The notes under the pieces: model-generated | Told to the model about the DNA's origin: nothing | What the model saw: the letters and a program-made list of their open reading frames with translations, nothing else | Databases searched by the model: none | Source of the DNA: Elusimicrobiota bacterium | Lineage (GTDB): Bacteria > Elusimicrobiota > Elusimicrobia > F11 | Direction: 5' to 3' | Assembly (NCBI GenBank): GCA_044221725.1 | Contig: JBGAON010000004.1 | Coordinates: forward strand, 192,001-256,000 | DNA length: 64,000 bases | Position numbers and translations under genes: made by a program | Shown: positions 53,515 through 63,743 of the stretch, one piece after another | Numbering within the stretch: the first letter of the stretch is position 1 | How the letters are laid out: the number at the start of each line of letters is the position of its first letter

Positions 53515-56500
53515 ATGCGAAGGTTCTTCCCTTTCCGTCGATCTTTTACGTTTTTTTTGGCCATGGTTATGTTCGCCACAAATGTTGTTTGGGCCCACCG
53601 CTTGCCTCTGGAAGCCGTCAATTCGCGCATAACGGTGCCAAACGAAATGGGTATCGTTCGCAATGTTTTCCCAGCGCTCCGTGCCAAACCCGCCAAAGGG
53701 ATTGTTGTCCATATCCAAGATATTCACCGTCAAGCCGAAGCACAAGCAAACATCAGTCGCGCGCTCCAATATTTGTTCACGCATTCCAATGTTGGTTTCG
53801 TTGGAATCGAAGGCGCTTTTTCGGAGGTAGAGACGAAGCCATTCCGGAAACATTCGAACCAGCACGATCGGGCCATTGTCGCCGATTCTCTTTTGACCGA
53901 TCAGAAAATCGCGGGCCCGTTGCATGCGGCGTTCGTCGGTTCGCCCGATATCCCGTTTATTGGCATTGATAACAGTGCGCTGTACGAAAGGAATCGGCGC
54001 GCGTTTCTCATCGCGTCACGGCATAAATGCGTTTTGCAAGCCGAGGTTCGCGCGCAGCAAGCAAAGCTCGAGATTCAAAAGCGTCTGACGTTTAACCGGA
54101 AGATGCGGGAATTCGATGCAGCGGTTTCAACATACGACAACGGCCACATGTCGGCGGCGCAGTTCGTTCGCGTGCTCCAGCGAGCGCGCGCGCCGCTCAC
54201 ACCGTTGTTAAATAATTTTCTCAAAGGAGTATATCTCGAAACCGTTTTGCCGTTGGACGGCGTCACGAAAGATCGCGCCATGGCACTGGCCTATATCAAT
54301 TACCGCCGCTCCGCGCAGGGCATCGACATTCGCCAACTTATGTCCGACATCGAATCCGCCAAAAAATCCACCTACGCCGCGTTGTGCAAATCTCAGCGCG
54401 AGCACAAAATGCTGGCGGTCCATCGGCGACTCTATTTGTTGAGGAAACTGGTTGACTTTTCGTTATCACGGGAAGAGTGGAAGGAATGGCAAAAGGTGCA
54501 GCGCACTTCGTGCGGTCTCCTACGAAAGCGTTCCGAAGCCAATCTGAGTTCTTTTGAGGATTTTTACCGGCAGGCCGAATCCCGGGACAATGCCATGGCG
54601 GAAAAATTTCTGGAAGAGATACAGCGTACGAAGCACGCGGTACGCGGTACCTTTGTCTTAGTGACAGGAGGTTTCCATGCCGATGGCATTGACGCGGTCT
54701 TGCGCGACGCGGGTTACGAAGTCGTTGCATTCGTGCCGCGTGTTTCCAAACCAGATATAAGCGCGTCGTACTTGAACGCATTTCTCCGCGAGCAAACGCC
54801 GCTTGAAAAGCTCTTCCACGGTGAAAGGTTGTTCCTTGCTGAACGGGTCGCCACAACCGAACAGAATGTTGAAGCGGGAATGTTGCTCATGGCGCAAGCT
54901 GTTTTCTCGCGTCGGTTGTCCTTTGTGCAGGCGTCGCAGCTTTTTGAACGAATCATGCGTTCGTTCCGGCAACCTATTGAAGTAAAGCTCCGCGTTCTTC
55001 ATTCCGATTCAACGGCGATCGCCGGACAAATCGAGCGAACCGGCTGGTTGTCCGCTCGTTTTCGAATTTCGCGAGATGAAAATATGCTTCACCTGGATTG
55101 GGTGAAACGCTCTGCGGTTGTTGGCGTTGTGACGCTTTTCGCTTTTGCTGTTGGGCGTCGACTGGTATTAACGATCGATGGCGCCACGCTCGCACAAATT
55201 TCCTGCGTCGTGCTGCTGGCGGCCGCCGTCCTTGTCCTGACCATAATGGTGGTGTGGTTTCCACCGCGCGGACCGCAAATGGCATTGGCCGGAGCGAGTA
55301 AGCTATTGCCAGTACGAATTTCCGATTTGGTTGGAAAGACCAGTGAAGAGCTGGCAACAACGTGGGCGTCTGTTTTTGGTGAAAGTGACAAACAAGACAC
55401 ATCACGATCGCGAGAAACATCGACCCAGTCTGCGTGGCACGACATTCAAATCGATAACGCCGCAATCCAACAACATCTGAAGCGGTACCGTGCAATTGTC
55501 ACGACGTTGGAAAATTATCTTAAGCAACATACCGCAAAAAAAATGCCGGATTTGGAGCAAGCCTTAAAAGACGCTGGCGTTAATGAACACTATCCGGATT
55601 TTCATCTCAGCGAATGGACGGCCGCGCTGCCGACGCTCGATGTTGATCGAATTCTCGCAAACGTCTTTGACGATCTTGAAGAGCAAATCTGCTATCCACG
55701 CGGGTTTTCGGTGGATGGGCCAACGAACATGTTTCGGCTGTCGCGTTGGAAAGAGATTGTCACGCCGCTCGGACGTAAGATTCGCCTTTATGAAGTCGAC
55801 TTGGGTTCGTTGCAAATTGGCTCGACGCTCACGAACCGATACCGCGCGCATTCGATTATCGCGGTTTCCGGTCTGCGCAACGAGTTCTTAAGAAAAATGC
55901 GTACGAATCGATCGCCTTACATTGACACGTTAAAGAACACAAGTGGGTTCGAGGACTATGACCCGGATGCTGTTATCAACGATGCGTACGGAAACAGTTC
56001 CGATATGGAGGCCATTTTGCAAATGCATCCTTATCTGCGGACTGGCAACTGGCGTGGAGCGGTGCTAAAAGATTCCGGCGTCTTGAAAAGCGCGGCGATC
56101 GGAGACCCGTCGTTATGGACGGTCGCGGCCCGCGTGCTGTTCCATGTCTTCTCGCAACCGCGCAAATTCAATCTGGCGCTCCTGCTCGATGGCTTGAATA
56201 ACATGCGGTCCATTCTGCCGCGCGATTATCTTTTCGCCGAGCCGTTGTTGAGAATTATGTGGCCGGACTGGGATGGAAAAGGCAATGCGATTGATGTGTT
56301 GGAAGAGCACTTTCGTCGAAATCCGCCCGCGTTCGCGATGGTCGTTAAAGAGGCGATTCTGGATTACTACAGACAAGAACTTCCGTCTGAAGAAGAGCTG
56401 GCCAGATTGGTTACCACCACCGAGCGCGTGTATTTTCCTCGACTTCAACGTGCTTATGAGCAGATGGTCCTGATGGCGTCCCACCCGAAACCGGACCCCG

Positions 56501-59500
56501 CGCGGCAATTGGCTTCCGAGAATGAATTCCTGCCAGCGTTGCTGGATTCGTTGCGAATGGTGGCCGCGAATAACACCATCCAGCCATTGGAAAATCTTTT
56601 GCCGATGGACGAGACTCTGATGTCTCCGTGGGACAAGGTGCAGTGGCAACGAACCCTCACTTTGCTCCGACGAGCGATTAATTGGTGGAGCGGCCGAGAG
56701 GCGGATGGCTATCAGGCCATCTATTCGTTTCGTGTGTTGCTGGCCACGATCAACGAATTGTGGTTAATCCCGCGACGCGAGTTGCTTGTCGGAATCGACA
56801 CAAACGGTTCTATTGATATCCCCAACGAGCGGTTTGCCGTCGGTGCTATCGTTGGTGATGAGTTGCCGAGCACAACGGTCGACAATTTTTCGTTACGCAC
56901 GTTTCTTGTCGATTTGCCCGACGCGCTTGCGAATACTTTATCGTACGGCGTATTCGTGGTGGATCTGCGGCCGGCTCCGTCGTACGTGGTCGCTGATCGG
57001 AAGTCCGCTGCAAAATTTATTCGTGATTTTCAGTCCGATCCCGAAGTGATTGCCATTGCTACTCGGTGGGCGACGGAACGTGGTCTCGTGGTGGACAATG
57101 CGGCAACAGTTTATCTGGTTGCGCTTCAGCAATTCTATTTCCTGAACTATTTGTTTGTGTGGTGGCTTCAGCAGGCACACAATCGATATCTCCATCACTG
57201 GGCCGTGTTGCCCGCCGCAGCGCTGTGCGCTATTCCGTCGAATATCGTTTTGGCGTTGCCAACCCTCTGGGCGTTGGAGAAAAACCGTGCATTCGACCAA
57301 GTGCGCGGATACACAAGCCCAGAATTTATCCTGGGTTTGGAAAGGATTTATGCGGCGTTTGCCGACGCGTTCGGAATAAAGGTGGATATTCGACGAGATG
57401 GTCCGGCAGAAGTGACCCGGGCTTTGGAAGCAAGCAAAGAAAACCCGTTGCGAAGGATGACGCAGGCCGCCGCGCTGAAATTAGCCGAAATCGGTCACCT
57501 ACCAAAAATAGGATTTTCTGCCTGGCCTGCCGTGGTGGCGGCATTCGCCCCCCTATCGCCAACAATAGTTAAGGTCCATTTGCAGATTGTGAATGAGCGG
57601 GATATTCCGGCGCCCACACCGCCGACCCGAATTTACGCGATGGCGGCGGCGTCTCGTTCCGCTCCGGAGCTGGAGACAGTGTCGCGCTCGCAGGTCCATT
57701 CGCAGGGGGTCACCATGCGTATCGTTGATGAGCTAAGCTTTCTTCTGAACGATATTGCGACCGTCGGTGATGTCGACGTCGACATCGCAAAAAAAGAGGA
57801 TAAGGCATCCGAAAAAAATCAGGTTGCCTATATCACGGACGAACACGGAAGCGACAGGCTCGTGATCAAAGTGGGCACTGCGTTCGCAAGCAAAAACGAC
57901 GACGAGACCGTGTTGGCGGTTCTTACCCGGGTTCGAACACAAATATCAAACGCGCTCCAATCCCCCTATCAGCAATTGCCCGTTTTGCTGCACGGTGCCA
58001 TCAATAGGCTTTTCGAAAATGCGGACCAACCGTTTGAGGTTTTTGGACCAGCGATAAATACGTTCCCATCCGGAGAAAGAAAAAAACTTCGATGGTTGGA
58101 TAAAGAGCTGGGAAAAGCATGCGCTGTGTGGATGCCGCAAACAAAACAAAATAGATTTTTGTTGGCATCGTTTGCCGCGCGTTGGCTCAATGAAAACCAC
58201 CTGCTCGATCGTGCGCATATTCTTGTTCCATTGGGCGAAAAGCGTGCAGGCGTTCCGCATTTTCTTTATTTGCCTGTTGCGTACGCCGCCGGCCATTTTG
58301 CCGGGCGGCCTGTCTGTTACGTTTCTAATCTTGAAACAGGTGTGGCGGTGAATGCCACGCTAAATTCCGCGTTGCATCTGATCATTATTTCGACGGATCA
58401 GATTCCAATCGAACGCGATGAGTACCATCGCAAAATAAAGGAACTTCCGGTGAAGCCCGATAATCGCCTGGCCGCGGTGAGTTTCATTCTTGCGGGCGTT
58501 CTTCTAAAAGATGCAACAGAAAAAATGTCATCGCTGGAAAAGCGCCGGTTTTATGATGAAGCTTTTTACTCACTGAGCACCGGTCGGCACGGTCTGGCCG
58601 GCATCGATGACGCGCAGGCCAATTTCGCGCTTTCATACTTCTTGATCCCTTCGTTGGGCCAAAACAAAAGTCTGCTCGGTTATTCTCTCGTTATTTGGTC
58701 GCTGGTGTTGCTTCATCATGTGGTACACAAAGAGGATCAGTCGATTCACACGTTTGCAAAGCAGATCGGCTCTGTCGCGCAAATATTGAATGAAATGCTC
58801 GGTGGGGTCGTCGCTGGTACGTCCTCGGCGGAATCGATGCTGCACGCGATGGGCCACGTCGATGACGGTGCCCTCGTCGCGCTCGGTGATAAACTGGCTG
58901 CGAAATTGGATCCGTTGTTGCAACGGTACGGAATGCACGCCGACGTCGCTGAAGCGCAAGCTTTGTTCGCGAAAACAACCGTCGTCAAAATTGCCGGTGC
59001 CGATAACAAGTCGTTGCCGGTTGTGGGCTTCGCGCCGATTCTTTCCCCGGCGGCCCCGTCGTTGCACACAACGCAGCACGATTATAAGAAGGATCAGGAC
59101 CCGGAAAAGAAAAAGAAGAAACAGCCGGAGAGTAAAATTACCGACCGGGTTTTACCGGAAAAGATATCTGAGGATATTCAGGCACTTGCGATGTTCGCAG
59201 GTCCGAACGAATCGGATTGGCCGGCCGTCGCAATTGATTATGGTCTCGATTATTCGGCTCAAGACCTCCACGAGTTGTACGGACTTTACACAGAAGATCA
59301 CCGCTTCGAAGGCTTGCGTTCGGAGTATCCTGGGCACGAAACGATTGCAGCGTTGATTGGTGTGTTTGGATTCAATGCCGAAGAAATTGGAAAACACCGG
59401 CACGTTGCAGCAGGAACTGCTCATACGTGGTTCACTGATTTTGTGCGAAATATTTACCGCAAAAATCCCAACGTCACAACTTGGACCAATGATGAATGCG

Positions 59501-62500
59501 GCGGGCACGCAGCGGAGGCTCAAGAGATTTTCCGCACGGAACCCAATCTCGAATCGCTTCGGTACGAAGCGCCTGGCGCGAGAGATTTGGTGGCGCTGGC
59601 AAAGGCATCCGAATTCGATGCCGATAAATTCGCCGTGCTGCGAGGAAAAGGAGTATCGACAAAAAAGGCTCATCGATGGCTTCGCGAATACGTGGAGGAC
59701 CGGTACAACCGAGACGGTCACAATATATTGCCGTGGGAGACGGATCCTGATTTTGGCAAGCCAGCCATAAAATTCTTTCTTAACGATCCTGAATTGGCGC
59801 TCGCGCGTGTTCTGCAACCCGGTAATAAAGATATGTTGGCACTGCTGATGCAAACGAAAGCCAACGCGAACGCAATCGCAACGCTCCGTGGAGCCAATGT
59901 CAAAGACGTTCGTGGTTGGATCACAAATTTTTTGATCAACGATCCGGTTTGCCGCGGTCGCGTGAAAGAAATGGCTCTGAAATGCGGCCTCACCGTGGAT
60001 GAAATAAGCCAAGGTCTCCTTGATTCAAAATTGGAAGACGTCGCGCTAAAAGTGCGCCAGCAACGCCCCACCGAGGACCAATTGAGGTCGATCATTCAAT
60101 TGCTGAAAGGGAGTCTCGTCGCGGTAGCCGATGCGTACGACGTGGAACCGATTGTTGTGTACAAATGGGTTCACGATCCGGCGTTCTCGAATTGCGCGGC
60201 GAATTATCGGGATAAATATTTCAATGACGACAAAGTTGTCGGCCGTTGGCGAACCTTTTATCGCGGAAATCTCAAGCCGGTGGCTCACGCGTTGGGTTGG
60301 TCCGAAGCGCAGATTGATCACCTCAACAAAAAGAAAATGGCATCCCTCGCGCTTCGCCGCGCCCAAGGGCTTGGGCTCGACATGTTGCGGATTTTGGATG
60401 CTCTGTATAACAACGCTGAATTGCGTAACGATCGAGCAGAGATTCTTACCTGGCTCGCTGCTCACTGCGACGATTTGTTTAGACGAAACGAATTGGGGCA
60501 ACCGGAAATTCACCAACAAGTCGGAAGTATTGTTGCGCCTATCGCGTGGCCAGACGAACGCCACAAAATTGAACGCGCTTACAAAATAACCGCTTTTTCG
60601 GTGGCCGGTTACAAAGACGCACCGAACTTTTCAATCGCGGCCGACAACGTTGCGTTTGATTTCGTCGTTGAATCCAATGCGTTTCCATTTTTGCATTGGA
60701 CTCGGCTCATCGTACAAGGCGGCGTTCCGTCCACAATTGAAGTCGAGGCGTTGCCCGACAACAAATGGCGTATCAGTGGGTCGGTGCTTCTTACGGATCG
60801 TAAGCCCGGCGCGGTGAGCGACCTTCGATTTTGTCTCGTCGACGATTCCATTGACGCATCGGGCCCGGTGTTCGGTCCGATTGCTTCAGCAACAGTACGA
60901 TACGTCGGCGAGGACAAGTTGAACCGCACAAGCGCGCGCGTGCAATTGGAGTTCTGGCAAGACCGGCTTGTGCCGCGCACAGAGAACGATCGTTCTCGCG
61001 TGATCCGAAAACTAAAAGAAAACGTCGAGCGTATCCTCATGGCCGATTTTCAAGAAGACCGCACCAGGGGTTTCGCCGAATTGGATCGGCTTATCGAAAT
61101 TCAACGCGCGGACGTTCGGCTCTACATGGATGAAAACAACGTGCTTGGCCCCAATCGAGATCATGTGAATTATTTTTATATCGAAGGTAATGAAACAGTG
61201 GGACGGCTTAAAGCTGTTGAGCCGGACACCGCATTGGGTTTCGATCGTAACTTTGAAGCGCTGGTGGACGCGTTGCGCATCCTGCTGGAAATTCGTTCAG
61301 AATGGATTGATGTGGAATCTTTCAAATTACCGGAATTGAAAGCGGGCATTGAGCATAGTTATCCGCAAAGAGTGGCGGCCGTAAAACTGTTTAAAAAAGT
61401 GACCGGCGCGATGGTGGACGTCAATGTGGGCGAAGAGCTCGTGGTCGCTGGCCTTGCTGTTGATCGTATGGCGCATGGTTTGTCCGCGATGGACATCCCA
61501 GCCGGTGGACACGCGGTCATTGTCGTTAACCCGTTGCACAAAAACAAATGGATCAAAGCATTTGAATCTTATGAGCGGCCTACGAGATTTCTCGATTTAA
61601 CCGGAAAAACAGCCGAGCGCACAAAGGCGTTAAAGAAATTTGAGAGCGATGCGACAACGCCGCACGTTATTTTCGTTACCCAAGATTATTTGAGATCGCT
61701 TGAAAAGGGCCGCACGTCTCATCCCGCGGTGTCGTTGATTCGCACCAATTTATGCGTCGTTGTTATTACGGGCGCGCAAACGTTGGGCGCATCGGATTCC
61801 ACTCTCGCCGAGTCTGTCCGCAAATTTGTGCCGACAGATAAGCGCGTGCCGGTGGTTATTGTCGCCTCTCCAGCGGCGCAGCACGAACTTGGGGCGCTTG
61901 ACCGCGTGTTGGCTTTTATTCGCGAGATGACGGGACTTACAGTCGGGCGTAGAAGCATTAAAGCGGCGTCCGATATTTTGAAGCCGCAGCGCCTGGCGGG
62001 CTTGCAAGATTTGCTGAACGAACGGCTCGTTTATCTCGATCCGCAAAAAATCTTTAAACCGTTCTCGTCGGAACATCCACACGAAGCGGATCGAATGCCC
62101 GAGATTGTCTACGAAACCAAAACTTACGAGATGCCGTTGTCATTGATGACACGATTGCTTGGTGTGCGCGCCGATCCTGCCAACAAAAAAAGCTACGTGC
62201 TCGGAGAAAACAAGCTGCGCGATGTGCTCGGCGATTTGTCCATTGAAAATTTAAAAATAGGATTGCTTCGTGATGTGATCGAAGAAGAGCGGCAGCACCA
62301 CGGTCAAGCCAAAGTGGCGGTCGTTACACGCCGTCAAGATACAGTGGCGCACATCCTCGCCACGTTTGGCGATGCTGCGGTAGGGCTCGCCGAAGAAGCG
62401 ACAATTCGGAAGGTTCAGCGGAGTTATATTGTTGCAGCAAAGAACTCTCAATTGGAAGCAAACATAGATGTATTTAAAACCCGTCCGAATGTTCACGTGA

Positions 62501-63714
62501 TCGCTATGACAATGGACACAGGGACAAAACATGGCAATTTGGAAATGCCAAACGCGACCTGTGTGGTGTATTGGGATCCGCCCCGTTCCGCAAACGACCT
62601 CGCCGCGGTGTTGCATGGTGTGTCTCCCGGCGCGCCAACACTGCGTTTTCGTATTGTTAATTTCGCGGCAACTTACAATGAGCAAGCCATCGCAAACCAT
62701 GGCGTTGGGTTGGGTCCGCTTGCGTTCCGAACATTCTTCGACGCATACGAGCGCGTGCGGTTTCAACGCGTTCGCAATTTGATGCGCATCGCGGCCGAAT
62801 TGCTTGATTTGCATTTTACCGAAGGCGAAGCGGGCGGTTGGGTGCAAGACAAACTGGATCTTTTGAAAATGCTTGTTGAGCAGTTAAAAGATAGCGGCGC
62901 GGTCCCCGACGTGCCCGTGGAGCAAGTGGATCACAGTGCCGGATTGACGCGGTCTCAGAAGGACGAGGTGTACGCCGAAGTGGCGCGGCTGTTCGAATAT
63001 CAGCGAACACACACAAACAAGCCGAACTTGGTGGAAGTGCGAAATGAGGCAACCAATGCTCTGCGAGAAGTTTTCATGTCCGCGGATAACAAAGAGTTGT
63101 CATTCCTCACGCACATTCAGCAAGAAATTGATGAGGGAAGCGTGGATTTCGATGCGATACCGTTGCTGCGAAACTGGACAGCTTTTTTTAAGAGCTTGGT
63201 TGAATCCGGGTTTGACGTGAACGATCGGCTGGCCGTTTTGCATCACATGCACGAAGAAAAACAGTTGCAATGGGGGCAGCTGATCCCTTCGCAAAAATTC
63301 AGCAGTGGGAAGAAATCATTCGAATTTGCGTACGATCAGCGGCACGAAATCAGAAAGTTGGGGGGTGCCGATGTTTTGTTGCATTTGTTCAACCAAGCCT
63401 ATCCGCACCTGAAAGTGAGTGAATTGAATGCGAAGGCGCTTCAACTGTTGATGCAGCATGCGGATCGGTTCTGGACGTCCGGCGATTGGCCAGAATTCAT
63501 TAGGCATCTCATTGAAGTTACGAGCCGTATGTTGGAGAAAAAACGGATTGTCGAACAGTTGAATCAATCAGCGGATGGAAATGGTAACGATCACGCGACC
63601 GATAATGGCGCGGAGAACGGAAACGGTTTGTCGATCAACGATCTGGTTGCGCCGGCCACAAAAGCGCCAATTATTTCTGTCCATGACGACCAACAAGTCC
63701 GTGCCGCCGCATAA
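53515..63714 (+). CDS. Giant (3399 aa) exported multidomain protein: TraB/TIKI/ChaN-like N-domain, TM helices, HTH-like repeats, degenerate SNF2-like helicase
   Basis: Uninterrupted 10.2-kb ORF with a signal peptide; motifs HIQDIH, GIEGA, RDNAM, TGGFH; hydrophobic hairpin at about 55111-55263; degenerate SF2 motif order at 61351-62680. Confidence 0.85.
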   Translation: MRRFFPFRRSFTFFLAMVMFATNVVWAHRLPLEAVNSRITVPNEMGIVRNVFPALRAKPAKGIVVHIQDIHRQAEAQANISRALQYLFTHSNVGFVGIEGAFSEVETKPFRKHSNQHDRAIVADSLLTDQKIAGPLHAAFVGSPDIPFIGIDNSALYERNRRAFLIASRHKCVLQAEVRAQQAKLEIQKRLTFNRKMREFDAAVSTYDNGHMSAAQFVRVLQRARAPLTPLLNNFLKGVYLETVLPLDGVTKDRAMALAYINYRRSAQGIDIRQLMSDIESAKKSTYAALCKSQREHKMLAVHRRLYLLRKLVDFSLSREEWKEWQKVQRTSCGLLRKRSEANLSSFEDFYRQAESRDNAMAEKFLEEIQRTKHAVRGTFVLVTGGFHADGIDAVLRDAGYEVVAFVPRVSKPDISASYLNAFLREQTPLEKLFHGERLFLAERVATTEQNVEAGMLLMAQAVFSRRLSFVQASQLFERIMRSFRQPIEVKLRVLHSDSTAIAGQIERTGWLSARFRISRDENMLHLDWVKRSAVVGVVTLFAFAVGRRLVLTIDGATLAQISCVVLLAAAVLVLTIMVVWFPPRGPQMALAGASKLLPVRISDLVGKTSEELATTWASVFGESDKQDTSRSRETSTQSAWHDIQIDNAAIQQHLKRYRAIVTTLENYLKQHTAKKMPDLEQALKDAGVNEHYPDFHLSEWTAALPTLDVDRILANVFDDLEEQICYPRGFSVDGPTNMFRLSRWKEIVTPLGRKIRLYEVDLGSLQIGSTLTNRYRAHSIIAVSGLRNEFLRKMRTNRSPYIDTLKNTSGFEDYDPDAVINDAYGNSSDMEAILQMHPYLRTGNWRGAVLKDSGVLKSAAIGDPSLWTVAARVLFHVFSQPRKFNLALLLDGLNNMRSILPRDYLFAEPLLRIMWPDWDGKGNAIDVLEEHFRRNPPAFAMVVKEAILDYYRQELPSEEELARLVTTTERVYFPRLQRAYEQMVLMASHPKPDPARQLASENEFLPALLDSLRMVAANNTIQPLENLLPMDETLMSPWDKVQWQRTLTLLRRAINWWSGREADGYQAIYSFRVLLATINELWLIPRRELLVGIDTNGSIDIPNERFAVGAIVGDELPSTTVDNFSLRTFLVDLPDALANTLSYGVFVVDLRPAPSYVVADRKSAAKFIRDFQSDPEVIAIATRWATERGLVVDNAATVYLVALQQFYFLNYLFVWWLQQAHNRYLHHWAVLPAAALCAIPSNIVLALPTLWALEKNRAFDQVRGYTSPEFILGLERIYAAFADAFGIKVDIRRDGPAEVTRALEASKENPLRRMTQAAALKLAEIGHLPKIGFSAWPAVVAAFAPLSPTIVKVHLQIVNERDIPAPTPPTRIYAMAAASRSAPELETVSRSQVHSQGVTMRIVDELSFLLNDIATVGDVDVDIAKKEDKASEKNQVAYITDEHGSDRLVIKVGTAFASKNDDETVLAVLTRVRTQISNALQSPYQQLPVLLHGAINRLFENADQPFEVFGPAINTFPSGERKKLRWLDKELGKACAVWMPQTKQNRFLLASFAARWLNENHLLDRAHILVPLGEKRAGVPHFLYLPVAYAAGHFAGRPVCYVSNLETGVAVNATLNSALHLIIISTDQIPIERDEYHRKIKELPVKPDNRLAAVSFILAGVLLKDATEKMSSLEKRRFYDEAFYSLSTGRHGLAGIDDAQANFALSYFLIPSLGQNKSLLGYSLVIWSLVLLHHVVHKEDQSIHTFAKQIGSVAQILNEMLGGVVAGTSSAESMLHAMGHVDDGALVALGDKLAAKLDPLLQRYGMHADVAEAQALFAKTTVVKIAGADNKSLPVVGFAPILSPAAPSLHTTQHDYKKDQDPEKKKKKQPESKITDRVLPEKISEDIQALAMFAGPNESDWPAVAIDYGLDYSAQDLHELYGLYTEDHRFEGLRSEYPGHETIAALIGVFGFNAEEIGKHRHVAAGTAHTWFTDFVRNIYRKNPNVTTWTNDECGGHAAEAQEIFRTEPNLESLRYEAPGARDLVALAKASEFDADKFAVLRGKGVSTKKAHRWLREYVEDRYNRDGHNILPWETDPDFGKPAIKFFLNDPELALARVLQPGNKDMLALLMQTKANANAIATLRGANVKDVRGWITNFLINDPVCRGRVKEMALKCGLTVDEISQGLLDSKLEDVALKVRQQRPTEDQLRSIIQLLKGSLVAVADAYDVEPIVVYKWVHDPAFSNCAANYRDKYFNDDKVVGRWRTFYRGNLKPVAHALGWSEAQIDHLNKKKMASLALRRAQGLGLDMLRILDALYNNAELRNDRAEILTWLAAHCDDLFRRNELGQPEIHQQVGSIVAPIAWPDERHKIERAYKITAFSVAGYKDAPNFSIAADNVAFDFVVESNAFPFLHWTRLIVQGGVPSTIEVEALPDNKWRISGSVLLTDRKPGAVSDLRFCLVDDSIDASGPVFGPIASATVRYVGEDKLNRTSARVQLEFWQDRLVPRTENDRSRVIRKLKENVERILMADFQEDRTRGFAELDRLIEIQRADVRLYMDENNVLGPNRDHVNYFYIEGNETVGRLKAVEPDTALGFDRNFEALVDALRILLEIRSEWIDVESFKLPELKAGIEHSYPQRVAAVKLFKKVTGAMVDVNVGEELVVAGLAVDRMAHGLSAMDIPAGGHAVIVVNPLHKNKWIKAFESYERPTRFLDLTGKTAERTKALKKFESDATTPHVIFVTQDYLRSLEKGRTSHPAVSLIRTNLCVVVITGAQTLGASDSTLAESVRKFVPTDKRVPVVIVASPAAQHELGALDRVLAFIREMTGLTVGRRSIKAASDILKPQRLAGLQDLLNERLVYLDPQKIFKPFSSEHPHEADRMPEIVYETKTYEMPLSLMTRLLGVRADPANKKSYVLGENKLRDVLGDLSIENLKIGLLRDVIEEERQHHGQAKVAVVTRRQDTVAHILATFGDAAVGLAEEATIRKVQRSYIVAAKNSQLEANIDVFKTRPNVHVIAMTMDTGTKHGNLEMPNATCVVYWDPPRSANDLAAVLHGVSPGAPTLRFRIVNFAATYNEQAIANHGVGLGPLAFRTFFDAYERVRFQRVRNLMRIAAELLDLHFTEGEAGGWVQDKLDLLKMLVEQLKDSGAVPDVPVEQVDHSAGLTRSQKDEVYAEVARLFEYQRTHTNKPNLVEVRNEATNALREVFMSADNKELSFLTHIQQEIDEGSVDFDAIPLLRNWTAFFKSLVESGFDVNDRLAVLHHMHEEKQLQWGQLIPSQKFSSGKKSFEFAYDQRHEIRKLGGADVLLHLFNQAYPHLKVSELNAKALQLLMQHADRFWTSGDWPEFIRHLIEVTSRMLEKKRIVEQLNQSADGNGNDHATDNGAENGNGLSINDLVAPATKAPIISVHDDQQVRAAA
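59305..60190 (+). repeat. Four ~82-aa protein-level repeats inside the giant ORF
   Basis: Units start at 59305, 59548, 59794 and 60043 (FEGLRSEYPG / LESLRYEAPG / LALARVLQPG / ALKVRQQRPT), each followed by a helix-turn-helix-like segment ending in W. Confidence 0.65.
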
Positions 63715-63743
63715 ATTCCGATTGGCTGTTGTAAAATAACGGC

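Noticed and set aside
61351..62680. Active helicase or restriction-type defence ATPase
   Set aside because: The Walker A Lys, DExx and motif VI arginines are all absent.
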